From assembly GCA_012295275.1 (NCBI GenBank), contig CM022670.1:15252001-15316000 (forward strand): a stretch of DNA of 64,000 bases, in the 5' to 3' direction. A program made the translations under genes and the position numbers. Of this stretch, positions 32,364 to 46,262 are shown piece by piece. The DNA comes from Chrysomallon squamiferum. Taxonomy: Eukaryota; Animalia; Mollusca. Position 1 is the stretch's first letter, and each line of letters opens with the position of its first letter. Under the pieces are notes generated by a model. It saw nothing but the letters and a program-made list of their open reading frames with translations, was not told the origin of the DNA and did not search any database.

Positions 32364-34986
32364 TTTGGATTATTTTAGTAAATAGAAGAAAGAAAACAAA
32401 AGCTCAGGATTTAGGGAGGGATAAGGGTGGATAACAAAACTGCTTTGTGACAAATGTGCACCATCATGAAAACTCTTTATGGTTGATTATATACAGGATT
32501 AAAGAGGTTTGTGGAGGCCACATTTCTTTTTTCTTTTTTAAAATGAACACAATTTATGAGGTTTTTGCTTGTAAATGAGTCAAACTGAGGATTTCTGGTT
32601 TCACTGAAACTGAATGATTCAGTAGGTGGTGTGTTTGGATTCTGACCTCTCTTGTCTGCAGTGCCAAAGTCAGAATATTATTACACATGCTCTTAAGACA
32701 GACCTGAAGATGAGTGGGTATGCCTGATTGATCTTAAAAAGTAAAAAAACGCATGCACGCACACACAGACACACACACACATGCACACAAAAAACACATA
32801 CCATACATAAATAATCAACACATATACAGTTTCAAAGGCACATTTTGACATATTATGGCAGTGGTAAGATACATCACAGAGATAATTTGCATATTAATAT
32901 GAAAGTAATTTCAAATGAAATGCACTCTGACCAAAACTGAAGTCCTGATGAATATTTTGACAAACACACATGCTTATGTAATTATCAGCGGTAACAGAAA
33001 ATCAAAGCATCTTGTTAAACTTCAAGAATTGTAGATTTGTTTTTTCTCAAGGCTTTGCTGATGATATTTTATTGTATAGAGCTTATTGAAAGTTTCTTCA
33101 TTATGATATAATATGAATGTCAGTTCTGATGTTTATTAGTAAATAGTTTATATGAGAAATTTCTGAAATTAAACTTATTTTCTTTCTTACTCTGTATTGC
33201 TGTGTCTGTCTTAAGTTATAATAATAATTATTGTTATTAATACTTTCATTATTTTTATATTAAGATAAAGGTAAATCACCATCTTGGTTTTATTATTATT
33301 TTATTTTTTTATTTTTTGCATTAGGGTTGTTTGTATTATCATTTTGAACTTTATTTTCAGAAATGGATGTTAAATTATAAATCACAATGAAATAAATTAT
33401 GTCCTCCAATTCACAATATTAATGTGTTTTCCAGCAGTCCAGGTTTAAAATACCTTTATATCAAACAAGCAGATGTTGAAATGTGGTTCATAGTTTCACT
33501 TTTAACACTTAATGCCTTCATATTTATAAACAGACTACATGTTGAATAAATACATTAAAAAGTAATTATTTTGAGGTCATTAGTACTGCCTTGATCTTTC
33601 ACATTATTGAGAACTGTACAGATTTCTATCACTATATTAAGTCCCAATAATATGAATGTTTCAGTATACCTTAAAAATAAATTTGATAGTTTTTGTGTTC
33701 TAATTTTTATATTTCATTAATATATATATATATATATATATATAAGGATTAAAGTTATAGTTTAATGAGATATATTTGTCTCTCATTTCATTGCTTAATG
33801 TTTAAGTAAGTCTGGAATATTCTTTATATTTAGCTAAAATTAAAAATGACAATATTACTAGCCAGACATTTTCTTTTCCTAAAATAAACTGTATATAAAA
33901 TAAATTCTGTTTGAAATAGTTAAAAGACCATTGTTCTGTTTTAAAATGTTCCTATGGTATTTTTGGTTTTAAATACAACAGTATTCATTAAATACTATTC
34001 AGCTGTCTATGTTTTGAATAAAATACATTGAAATACCAATTTTTTTGTCATCAAGCTATATTCAAACTTGATTTCCCATTTTCCTGCAATTAATATTCTA
34101 ATGTCAAAGAAATCTAACCAGCTGATGTATGGGTAAGTAACTGATTATATGAAACAAACAAAACAAAAATTAAAAAATGAAATTTCATTATGTTTTGATA
34201 TAGATGGTTATTGGCAATCTTTTTAAAGAAAAATCTGCTGATTTTACTGTGAATACATTCCTAAAATTAAATAATTTACACAAGAATAAATAAATTGCTC
34301 ACAAAGGGAGATAACACAGTCTGCAGTCTGGCGTGTATTAGAAATATTTCATCAGTTACTTTTGTCCTTAGGTTGATTATTATTTAGTGAAATTACAAAG
34401 ATTTGTTTTATTTATAACTGCTGTGTGGTTTTGCTTGATTTGAAATGAAACTTCACCACGTGCATCGAGTAATTACTAGATGTCTTGCTCCAAAGACATT
34501 ATAACAAAGACATTCAGTGATTCATCATTAAATGAGAGTAATTGTTTTCCCCTCTGTATATGGACTGTTCTGTGGTTAATGATTAAATGGTAGCAAAACA
34601 TAGTTCTACATCTTCCACTGTAGTACTGCTATTACTGCTACTATGATTTCTACTACTAGCACTGTAGCTACTTCTGCTACTGCTACTACTTATAATAATA
34701 TTCTAGACCAAAATGTGTTCACTTAGGTACAAATATTCAGTCCTAGCCTTCAGTTGTAGAAAACCCTACACCATATATATGTTAATATATAATTATAAAA
34801 ATAACAAAAACATTTTTTTCTTTTTTCACTATTATTGTGATCAACAATGAAAGTGTTTTTAGTCATAACATATTTTGTAACAGTTTTCTTTTAGTTTTAT
34901 TTCAAACACTCGAGAGATGCATTTTACATTGCTTGTGGTTTCTAGCGGTATAATTTTATCAGACTGCTTCTTGTTTTCATTTTCTG

Positions 34987-35613
34987 TCCTGTAAAACCAA
35001 AATAATAGTATTTATTAAAATACCAATAACAACAAGAACAAACAACAGAAATCATCGGCATCAACATTGTCATATATACTACTATAAAAATCAACAGCTT
35101 TACTAAAGAAAGTACTTTCACATCAACAATAATAATGATTATCACTGTATCCATCATCATAATCTAGAAAAAACTAGAAAAAACAACAAAAAGCCCAAAA
35201 CAAGATAAACATGAAAGACTAATTAAAAGCACTTAATTCAAATAATTTCTATCCATCATTTCTTTTGTAGACTATGTCTTCTGTAATTACTAAATCATTT
35301 TTTGATTTCTAGATATCATATCTCGGCTAAATGTTTCGTAACGAGAGATTGTTTGAATTTCCTTTATCAAATTTTCTTTCTTAACTACACATACATATGT
35401 ATCTATTTTGTGAAAATGCATTAAAGAAAATCAAAATTTAATTGTGAATGCTGCATGAAATAACTTACAATCACTGTAGTAGCTGTAGCCAAAGCCGTAT
35501 GGTGATACGTATGGGTATGAAAAGCCCCAGGGCATGCGGTAGTACCACATCTGAGAAGACACAGTGGAAACCGCGAGGTAAAGTACCAACAGGAAGACAA
35601 GCAAATTCAACAT
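34987..35613 (-). CDS. G1: secreted Tyr/Gly/Pro-rich micropeptide, 48 aa (MLNLLVFLLVLYLAVSTVSS-QMWYYRMPWGFSYPYVSPYGFGYSYYSD)
   Basis: TATAAAA at 36304-36298; non-coding exon 1 ending 36234 (a|gtaagt); coding exon acceptor at 35623, ATG 35613, donor after 35469; stop T|GA completed at 34988-34987; AATAAA at 34901-34896. Same architecture as G2-G9. Confidence 0.8.
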
Positions 35614-36609
35614 GTTTGTGATCTGTAAACAAATTAAATTAAATTAAAATAAAATAAAATAAAATAAAATAAAATAAAATAAAATAAAATAAAATAAAAT
35701 AAAATAAAATAAAAAGTCAAATAAAATAAATACATTTCTAAAATAAAAAAAAAAAATAAAAAAATAAATAAAGTAAACAAACAAGGAAAGAAACAAAGAA
35801 ACAAATGTAAATAAATAAATAAGTAAGTAAATAAATAAATAATATTTCTTATTGTGGAATATCCTGACCGCAATGAGTTATTAGAGTTTAAAAAGTTGAA
35901 TACTACCTTCTACTTTTTAAAATTAATTTTTATTTATTTATTTATTTCATTACATTTTATTTATCTATTTTTATTAAATTTGTTTATATTATTTATTAAA
36001 ATTTATTTCTTTTTATTTAAATTAATTTTAATTAACATTTCTTTGTTTATTTTTTCAAGCAAATTGTTTCATTGTACTTTAATTTGGAGATTATTTTTGA
36101 ACTTTTCATTAAAGTAAATGCTTTTAATTACAGTAAAAATGGAAAATAACATTGAACAAAATAGTTCTGCTAAACAAATTTTACCTTTGAAAATTCTTCT
36201 GACAAAATGTAAGATATTTATAAAAGTACTTACTGCTTTTCCTTTAAGAATAAGCACTTTGTAATAAAGTGGTGGAGAATTTTTATATTCCAGCTGCTTT
36301 TATACAAATTATTTAACGGAAGATATTTAATCATACCTTAGCAACCTGTGCTGCAGCTTCCTTATTTAAGATTAATCTATTTTGCAAATAGTAAAGGTGG
36401 TAACGACATAACTTTTTATCTATTTTGTTTTATGTTTTTAATTTGTTTTAATTTGTTTTTTTTTTTTTTTTTTTTTTTTGTTGGTTTTTTGTGTGTGTTG
36501 TTGTGTTTTTTTTTTAATATGGTTTTTTTCTATATTTTATATATATGTTTCATCTTTTTTTCTTACAGTTAATTGGGTTCAATAAAAACATTTCCATCCG
36601 CAGCATGAT

Positions 36610-36650
<41 letters not shown>

Positions 36651-36661
36651 TAGTAGTAGTA

Positions 36662-36697
<36 letters not shown>

Positions 36698-37473
36698 GAG
36701 GGGGAGAGAGACAGACAGAGAGTGTGTTTGAGTGTGTATATATATGTGTGTGACTAAATAATTTTAATTCTGTATATGCCTATATATCTATATTAATTAA
36801 AAATTTTGAAGCAATAAATTACTATTATTAATATAATTAGTATTATTAGTATATTAAAAATATACCTCTTTAACGTTTTAATATAGTTCCATAAGGTATA
36901 AATAAAAAGTTATAATCATGTTTTAATTACATTTTCTTTCCACACAGCAAAATCAAAATCTATGGGTAGGTGTATTTAAAAGATACGTGCTGCTAATGGA
37001 CAAGAAAAACCCAAGGAATGATGCTGCAGTTTTCTGTCTGATATCATCCCAAAAGTAAATAATACAAATTTACCATTACTATTATATATTTATTCAGGAC
37101 TATCCATGTCTTGATTTGTTGGTGTAGTTTTTTGGCTGTTCTGATTATTCTAACGTTTTAAATAATAACGATAAATTATATATAATAAAATGCATAATAA
37201 TTCATCCAATTTGTAATTTGGGATGCCTCATAAAATAGCTAGTTATTTATTTTTTTTTTTTTTTTTTAAAATCATTTTTATCATTATTTGTTTTTTGGTT
37301 TATTTATTTATTTACTTATTCAGAATCAAATAAAGCTGCATTCTACTCAAATTCGGTTACAATGGCTTTTTGGAAGATTCAAAACCTAGAAAAGGACTAG
37401 GTGTTACCGAATTTATTTGATTTTGAAAGCAACATTTTGTGAATAATAATACTACTAATAATAGTTTATTTAT

Positions 37474-37534
<61 letters not shown>

Positions 37535-38974
37535 GACAAAAAAAAAAAATGTATATAAAAAGAAAATCCAACGAATGACTGGATATAACTTAATTTTTTA
37601 TTAATTTTTTTTTTTTTTTTTTTTTTAAGACGTTATGTTGCTGCCACCTTTATTATTCAAACTTTTATTTTGCATACTTAACATTCGAATTATTTTCAAG
37701 CAGAGTTGTCTTCCCTTATCAGATTTTAGATTCACGTTTAAATAATCGCAAGCCGTTTCATTACTTCTAGTATAGAGTTTTTGCCCAAATCAACCGTTTT
37801 ATTAGTTGTTACACCGGTTTGCCGGACAGATCAAGCAATGGTCAACCTTTTTATAGGAAACCCGATGAAGGAAAAATGTTAATATGTATCAGTCATGCTA
37901 AAAGTACGTTCTAGTTTTTCACTATTTCCTCATAAAGATTAATCTTTCCGAAATTACGACGATACACGGCTTTTTCTTCTGAGATATTAATCAAGATTAT
38001 ATATTAAAACATTTCTGTTAATGTCAGGTAAACTGTTCCGTGAAACATTGTCTAATTTCTGTGCCATTAAAAGTATAATGTATAATTAAAAGTATAATTA
38101 AGTAATACTGTTCATATTATCTGTATCATTACTATATCGATCTTCGAACGTTATATATATACGTTCTTAATAATTTATGAATAAAAAGACAAACATTCCT
38201 AAATTATGGGTTGAACTTATATACTGTTTTAAATATTGTCCAAAACTGAAAAAGAAAAAAAAAAAAAACAAACAAAAGAAAAAACAACAACAAATAAACA
38301 AACAATTAAAAAAAAAAAAAAAAACAAACAACAAAACACCAAAACAACAACAACACCATAAAATAAAGAAAGACAGAATATTAGAAAAAAATAATGCATG
38401 CATGACCATATTAAACGGAATACCTAACAAAACAAATTTGAAAATGAGGCAATACTGTGTTTTTCTTTTTTTAAAAATATCCATTTTTCTTCATTCTCGA
38501 ATACATCTTCTGACAGCACTATTTTTCATTCCCCCCCAAAAAAAAAAATAAAAAAAGTATATATATATAAAAAATAAACAAATAAATAAAAATATGAAAA
38601 AACGAATAAGCTAAGCGATTTATCAACTGAAATTAATTGCATACGGCACAATGTTGCTACGTCCGCATGTGAATTTCATTTACATAATAATTTGAATGAG
38701 GAAAAGGAAAATTTAATAAAAAATCAAACAATAATAACTCACCGAAAAATAGATGGGCTTCCGCAAATTGTTTTGTATATAAAGGGTAACAAACGCTGCA
38801 GTCTCCACAACAGCACCATTAGCTGACATCATTTGGAAGTTTATATCTTGCACGATAGAAACCAGTAAGTATTTGTTGTTTTCTTTAAACTGTAAACTTT
38901 AATGTGTAAAGAAAAAGGCAGTGTTTTCCTGCAAAGATCGTTATACTTATTAGATATATATATATATAAAATAA

Positions 38975-39300
38975 AGAAACGTGGCGTTTTCAGAAAAAAA
39001 TATTTATTTATTTATTAGTTATATAAAAAAAAGATGGCGTTTTAATAAAAAATATTTATTTAATTTATTAGTTACTTAAAAAAGATGGTGTTTTAATAAG
39101 AAAAATATTTATTTATTTATTAGTTATGTAAAAAAAAGATGGCGTTTTAATTAAAAATATTTTTTAATTTTTTTTATTAGTATATAAAAATGTAGCGTTT
39201 TAATGAAAAATATTGTTTTATTTATTAGTTATATTAAAAAGATGGCGTTTTCATTAAAAAAACAACCAGAAAACAAATAATGTTTTATTTATTAATAATT
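38975..39300. repeat. ~50-54 bp tandem repeat, about 6 copies, in intron 1 of G2
   Basis: Units anchored on (A)AGATGGCGTTTT-like cores at about 38981, 39033, 39084, 39138, 39192 and 39241. Confidence 0.85.
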
Positions 39301-39617
39301 TATACAGACAGCGCTTTGAAGCATAGTTTTATTTCTTAGTTATATTGAGCCGAATGTTTAAAAAATAATTAATAAAAACGATCCAGCCAAACATTTTCTC
39401 AACATAAAATATTGATCATTGTCATAAATAAATAAATAAAAGTATAAAGGAATATAAAAATTCTGCAGCATAAAGTGTTTCCAATGGTAGAATTTGTTTA
39501 GCAGAACTGTTTCAGTGATATTTTTCATTATTTCATATAAAATAAGAACTGCTACATTCTATTTAATGTAAATTCAAAAATGGTCTCCAGGTTAAAATAC
39601 AATGAAACAATTTGCTT

Positions 39618-39653
<36 letters not shown>

Positions 39654-39988
39654 AGCAAAATAGCAAAAAACATAAACAAAACAACAACAACAAAAATAAC
39701 TAACTAAATAAAGAAAGAAAGAAATAAACAAAGAAATAAGTTAATTTAAATGAATTTAAATAAATAGAAATGCATTTTAAGAAATAAATAAATAAATAAA
39801 TAACAAAGAAAGAAAGAAAGGCATTACAATATAGCAAAAGTTTAAGAAAGACATTAAGGTATTAGTTCAAAGATTAAGAAATAATCTAAAATCTAATATT
39901 TATTTATTTATTTATTTATTTATTTATATTTTAATATATCTCTTCAGTATTTCTTCACTGTAGCATTTCTTTCTTTCTAGAATCCACG

Positions 39989-40198
39989 ATGATGAAACAG
40001 TTGATTGTCCTTTTGCTGGTTACCATGGTGATTGCCTCTGTTTCGAGCCATTACATTGGATGTCGTACTCGCTTTTGTAACGGATACTACGGTTATGGCG
40101 GTTACGGATATCCAGGAGGCTATGGCTACGGATACGGAAGCGGCTATGGCTATGGATACGCTAACGCCGGCTACGGATACGGCTACGGCTATTACTAG
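39989..40198 (+). CDS. G2: secreted Gly/Tyr-rich peptide, 69 aa (MMKQLIVLLLVTMVIASVSS-HYIGCRTRFCNGYYGYGGYGYPGGYGYGYGSGYGYGYANAGYGYGYGYY)
   Basis: TATATAAA 38776; exon 1 donor after 38864; acceptor 39980; signal peptide homologous to G3-G9; probable last intron TA|gttagt...aacag|G (exon 3 from 40496); AATAAA 40558. Confidence 0.88.
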   Translation: MMKQLIVLLLVTMVIASVSSHYIGCRTRFCNGYYGYGGYGYPGGYGYGYGSGYGYGYANAGYGYGYGYY

Positions 40199-40688
40199 TT
40201 AGTATTTTCATCGTTTATTGCTGCAACAAGAGAATTTCTAACAACTAAATGCTTCTGTTAAATATTTTTCACAAAGAAATCTCTCTCTCTCTCTCTGACA
40301 CAAATTATTATTATTGTTTTTGTTGTTGTTGTTGTTATCATTACTACTGAACTATTACAGCTACTACTACTACTACTACTACTATTACTCTTACAATAAT
40401 TTTATTATTTTTATTATTGTTGTTGTTGATTTTGATGATTTCGTTGTTGTTGCTACCACTGTTGTTTTACATATTTTTTCACTTTATTTTAACAGGTGGT
40501 GGCTGTTGTTGACGACACTGGCAACTAATTCACATGTTGTTGTGAAACATCTTTATCAATAAACAAACAATGCAGCATATTTACTTTTCTTGTTATATTT
40601 TCACGCAGTTTATAAAATAAATAGGAGATGAGTGTTACTCTTCTTCCTGGTACGCTGAACAAGTACAACCATATTGCCTGTATGTATG

Positions 40689-40748
<60 letters not shown>

Positions 40749-42270
40749 GTTTGTGTGGGTGGGTGGGTGGACAAACATATATATAATGTAATTTCGATTT
40801 ATCAAATCCGAGTGCTGTAAATAATAGCAATGATAAAATCATTTTAGTATTGTCCTTGGAAAGATATGGATGGTAACTGACTATGCCTGGATTTATAAAC
40901 ACAAAATGATGGTGTATATTTAATTATTTAATAAGTAACAAACGAGAAAGAAGGAAATTGTCTTCCACATTTGGTTTGTTCGTTTTTATATGAACACTTT
41001 TTTATGTGTCTAAAATATTGAATCGATCACTGTAATATACTGTTTTACAATTCTTACCAATATTTCGTGTATAAACTTTATTGATCGTACCAAGATGAGA
41101 TCCAGATGAATAGTAGCTGACATACTCACTCTGTCATCCCGCCTATTAAGTGAAAACAGTTGGTAACAGTCATTTAATATAAACGCTCACATCTTCACTT
41201 ATTTCAATGTTCAACCGTGCTGTGTTCCAGTGTGTACCCTTGGTATTCATTGAAATTTAATATTAGACGTGTTGGAATTACACACACACAAAAAAAAATG
41301 GTTTAACATGCAAGAGAGTCCCAAACTGATCGTGCACGGACATGAAAATAGTTTTAATATTAATTATCCAGAAAGAATTACACCAATAAGAATCGAATGA
41401 TATTATTTTAGTTAGTTTATGTTCTATATAAATTATTGTGAAGTTCAGATTCTTTGATTTTAGGATGATTAAACTCTGCTCAGAGATATTGTGTAGATTC
41501 TGTAGATGAAATTATAGGAAGTGAAACAAACTGAAGAGATGTGTTTAAAAAAAAGTAACAAAAAGACAGGTATACGAAATTAATGAGACAAAGCGCAATG
41601 TTAAAACTTTACAAAGATGTGATGTTAAAAAAGTATGGTCTGAAACAAGTAACATTTATTAATTCATCACGTGTATTTTATATTAATGTTCTGAGTTGAT
41701 TATTAACTTATTTAAAACATATCTATGTAATTTAGTAATAAAATCCATAGAATCAGGAGACATGCTTTTGAATGAAAATCAAAAGAGTAAAGCAGAAGTG
41801 GCTGTCTAACACTCTAAATAATGCACACAATAAGATAGTTAAACTGATTAGGGAAGACTGGATATCAAAAACAAAATATCCTTACGTTAAATATCCTTAC
41901 TTAAAATATTTAAGTCAAATAGTTAATTTGTTCATACTTGTGTGTATGAAGAAATCGTTCGTTTTCCCGGTGTTTTCAGTAAATAGTGTAATTATCTGTT
42001 AATTAAATTATTTTTCTTTAGATTTTGAAAAATATAAGTTAAAAGATTTTATAGAAGTTTTAATCGTTGTCTTCAAAATTCATAGTTTCCTTAATGGGGT
42101 GGGTAACTGAGCTATTTTACATTAATTATAAAAAATATATTTTTAATTACGTGTTTAATAAAACTTTGTAATTAATTTTAGTTAAAACAGCAAATTAATT
42201 GGCCTATATTTATATTCTAGTAGTATTTTATTTAACACGAAATTTTCCTTTGTCTAAATATATACACACA

Positions 42271-42302
<32 letters not shown>

Positions 42303-43519
42303 GTAAATAAATATTATAAAATAAATAAAGAAAAGAAAACGCAGAGATATGTTTGAAGACACATTGTAAGATGTCATGTATATGTTTTCGTTATAATGAA
42401 GATATTATAGTGCAAACATATGGTAGCTTTCTAGGGCTATCCGTCAGATAGCAACAAAGATTTCTTCTACTAGGTTATGCCTCATTTTGAAAAGAAATTC
42501 CATTTCATACTGTCAGTCGTTTGACAATGGCAAATAATGATAAATAGCTCATTTCTATCTGAACGTAAATAAATTGCTGTTTTTCTTCATTTCAGTGGCA
42601 CTTACACATTATATAAAGTCAAGATTTATACAACAGTGTGTTTTAATTTGTTTTAAACAAACTATTTCAAAATGCATTTTTCGGTAAATTTTTGTTGTTA
42701 TACTATTTTACTGTACTAAATTAATAAAATAAATACACTGGTAAATAAATAAATAAATAAATAAATAAATATACAAAATAAAATAAATTATCACTAAATT
42801 TCAGCTTTCTCATTTATTCATAACATAATATAGATATATCTGAGTTCGTAATAATCTAATTCTCCCTATCTTGTCATCATCTTATTAATTATCCTTAATT
42901 AAATTATCTAACCGCTCGGTTATTAATCGCATATTTTGATCTGTTATTCACCATCTGTATCACGGCTACTAATCGTCTAGTTGTCTCGCTTTTCTTAATC
43001 ACATGTTTTGTTAGTTTCCGTAGATTTCTGACCCATTTTCGCGTAGGCTGTAAATCATTTCTTACCACGTGACTGGTGTGATACGACATGATGCTCAGCT
43101 ACTTTGCTATTGTTATAGTCAATGTTTAGCAGTGCAAGTTTATCCAAGCCTGTGCTGCCTACGGGAAGGAACAAATAAATTATCCCCTAATGCTAAAATT
43201 GCAGCCGATAGACTAAACGCGAGTCTCTTCATTCCTGTCATAATTACACGTACATTTAACATAGAGAAATAGTTCATATATTAAATAGATTTACACACTA
43301 AGACAGCATTAATAATGATGACGATGATGATGATGGGTAATGATAATAATAAAAAATGAATAATAATAATGACAACAGCAACAATAATACTATTATTATT
43401 ATCCACATCATCATCATTACCACTGTCATCATCATCATCATAGTTATTATTATTATTTTATTATTAGTATTATTATCTTTATCATCATCATCATCATTAC
43501 CATCGTCATCATTATCATA

Positions 43520-43584
<65 letters not shown>

Positions 43585-43759
43585 ATATGTTGAGTTCTCC
43601 TTAAAATATTCATTAATTTATTATTTTTAATAAATAAATCCACAGTTGGGTTGCAAGAAAAAAGATAAATCTTTTCATAAAAGTAAAATAATAAATCATT
43701 TGTATCTAAAATTCAGGTCAAAATGATGTAGCAATTTTAGTAAATTTAACTGTAGATTT

Positions 43760-43916
43760 GTCTTAAATACGGAAACAGTGCATACCAAAGTCAAATACCA
43801 TGGACATGATAAAATGTTTTCCTGCAAGATTCTGTGTATAAAAAGAGGAGCTGGAAGAACGTACAGCATCCAGCATCACTGACATTGTTTGAAAGTGTTC
43901 ATCCTTCAGGGAAAAC
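43760..43916 (+). promoter_or_regulatory. Conserved TATA promoter plus non-coding exon 1 of the peptide family (G3 copy)
   Basis: Block ACGGAAA...TGATAAAATGTTTT(C)CTGCAAGATTCTG.GTATAAAAAGAGGAGCTGG...GGAAAAC|gtaag recurs almost unchanged. TATA positions: 43837, 47206(-), 48757, 53015, 57236, 60648, 63722. Confidence 0.85.
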
Positions 43917-44014
43917 GTAAGTATTTTCTTTTCTTTGAGTTAAAGTTGTTTTACTTATACTAACTAGTTCGGTAAAATTATGTTAGGGTTTTATTTAGAT
44001 AGCTTTTGACGCTT

Positions 44015-44057
<43 letters not shown>

Positions 44058-44365
44058 TTTGTTCAGTCACTCAGTCAGTCATAATATACTATTTATGTTT
44101 ATATTTATTTACACATCTTTTTTACTTTATTTTGTTATTTTATTGAAATTATTATTATTATTGTTGTTGTTGTTGTTGTTGTTGTTGTTATTATTATTAT
44201 TATTTTGTTTTAAATTGAGTTCATGAAATGTGCGTTTCATTAATTTCCCTGTGTCACATTACTGCAGCTTTACTTTTAAAAAATTTCTTTTATTTAGTTA
44301 TTTTCAGATTATTAACAGTTATATGTGATTAATTTATAAGTGTTACGTTATTTTCAGAGTTCAAA

Positions 44366-44536
44366 ATGATGAAATTTCTGCTTGTTCTCTTGTTGGTTTG
44401 CCTGGTGATTGCCTCTGTGTCAAGCACATTCCTTGGTTACGGTTATGGAGGCCTCTATGGCCGTCGTTACTGGGGCTGGGGAGGTTATCCCATGTTTAAC
44501 AACTACGGTTACGGATATGGAAGATGGTTTGGATAA
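44366..44536 (+). CDS. G3: secreted Gly/Tyr/Trp-rich peptide, 56 aa (MMKFLLVLLLVCLVIASVSS-TFLGYGYGGLYGRRYWGWGGYPMFNNYGYGYGRWFG)
   Basis: Acceptor ttttcag at 44357, ATG 44366, TAA 44534-44536, donor 44538; 3' exon from 44884 with AATAAA 44943. Below the ORF-track length cutoff. Confidence 0.9.
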   Translation: MMKFLLVLLLVCLVIASVSSTFLGYGYGGLYGRRYWGWGGYPMFNNYGYGYGRWFG

Positions 44537-44688
44537 AGTAATTGTTTATTACGTTTTTAACCTAACGAATTACATTTATATCATATTAAATTATATTATA
44601 CTATAAGATAAAATTTAAAATCGTGCATTTTTTTCGTGACAACAACAACTGCAACAATAACACCTACAACAACAATAACAACAACCAT

Positions 44689-44740
<52 letters not shown>

Positions 44741-45105
44741 TCTGTTATGCCTTTCGATATAATTAGTGGAATACTTTGTGTATTATGGGTAAAGATTAAC
44801 TTTTTATTATTAATGCATATTTAAAGTATTATTTAATATATATATATATTTATTTATTCATTATTTTATTTTTTTTGTAACAGGAGATGCCCAAACCTTT
44901 CTGACAGAACAAGAATGTGTTTATAAATGACATTAAATACAAAATAAATTATTTAAGAAAATTTCTTGTTTGTGCTTTTGATTAGTTTTTAGTAAGTTGT
45001 ATTGTTGTTACAGGTAAAGGTTTATATTTTCAAGATGAAAATATTAAGGTGCAAAATACATTTTATTTTATTTTATTTATTTATCTATTTATTGGGCATA
45101 ATAGT

Positions 45106-45213
<108 letters not shown>

Positions 45214-46202
45214 GTTTTCTGTTTATCCGCTTGTTTCGGTCTATCTGTATCCAGTAGTTATGGTGAAGAAATAAATATAAATCATATTTTCAACCCATTA
45301 ATTCCTCTAACGTGGAATGAGTGATTATAAAGGTAAAGGGGAAAACTGTGAATATTAGTGGCAGTAATAGTAGTAGTACTAGTAACAGTAATAACAGAGA
45401 AATATACTTTTGTAAAACTCATTATTTTGTTTTAATCGAAACCTTTCAAGGTGGGTGACTCAAGTATCACTAGGATTAATTTAGAAAAGAAGAAAAAGAG
45501 AAATTTGCTATAATAATGTATTGTACAAACAGATCAGTCTTACATCAGCCAAGATTTTACTTATTTACGGGAGTTCTGTAAAAAAAAAAATATATATATA
45601 TATATAGAGAGAGAGACACACATGCATACACACACACACACATATATATATACATACATATATACATACATACATACATACATACACACACACATATATA
45701 AATGAAGAAAGAAAAGCTAAGAATGACAGATTATTTTAAAATTATAGAAAAATAAAATAATAAAGACACAAAAAAAAACCACTAAAAAAACAACAAAAAA
45801 CAACAGCAACAGAAAAACAAAACTAACGTAAATCAAATATAATATAGCATATTCTAACAAAATGCGCAAAAATAACGATAGTTAGATCAAATTAAAAAGA
45901 AATATAAAAATAACAATATAATTAAAGTGAAATATGCTGCATTACTATTAAAGTTTCAGTATTTTCTCGAAATTTATTTTACGAGTATATTCGATTATTC
46001 AAATAATTATGATAAGCTTTAAAGCCTTAATACTGTGTAAGAAAGCATACCTTTTTTTTTTTTTTTATTTTCAATTCTTTTTTTTATTCCTTTTTTTTAT
46101 TTTTATTTTTTTTTTTTTTATATATATATCCAGAAAGCTAAAAAAAAAAAAAAAATTTTTTTATAATTTAGTAATACTTCTACTTTTATTGTTGTTGTTT
46201 TA

Positions 46203-46262
<60 letters not shown>

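Noticed and set aside
37811-37820. Grainyhead-like ACCGGTT between G1 and G2
   Set aside because: One mismatch to AACCGGTT, and similar 8-mers occur elsewhere in the window; not distinguishable from chance.
44409-44606. 65-aa ORF MPLCQAHSLVTV...
   Set aside because: Wrong-frame shadow of the G3 coding exon.
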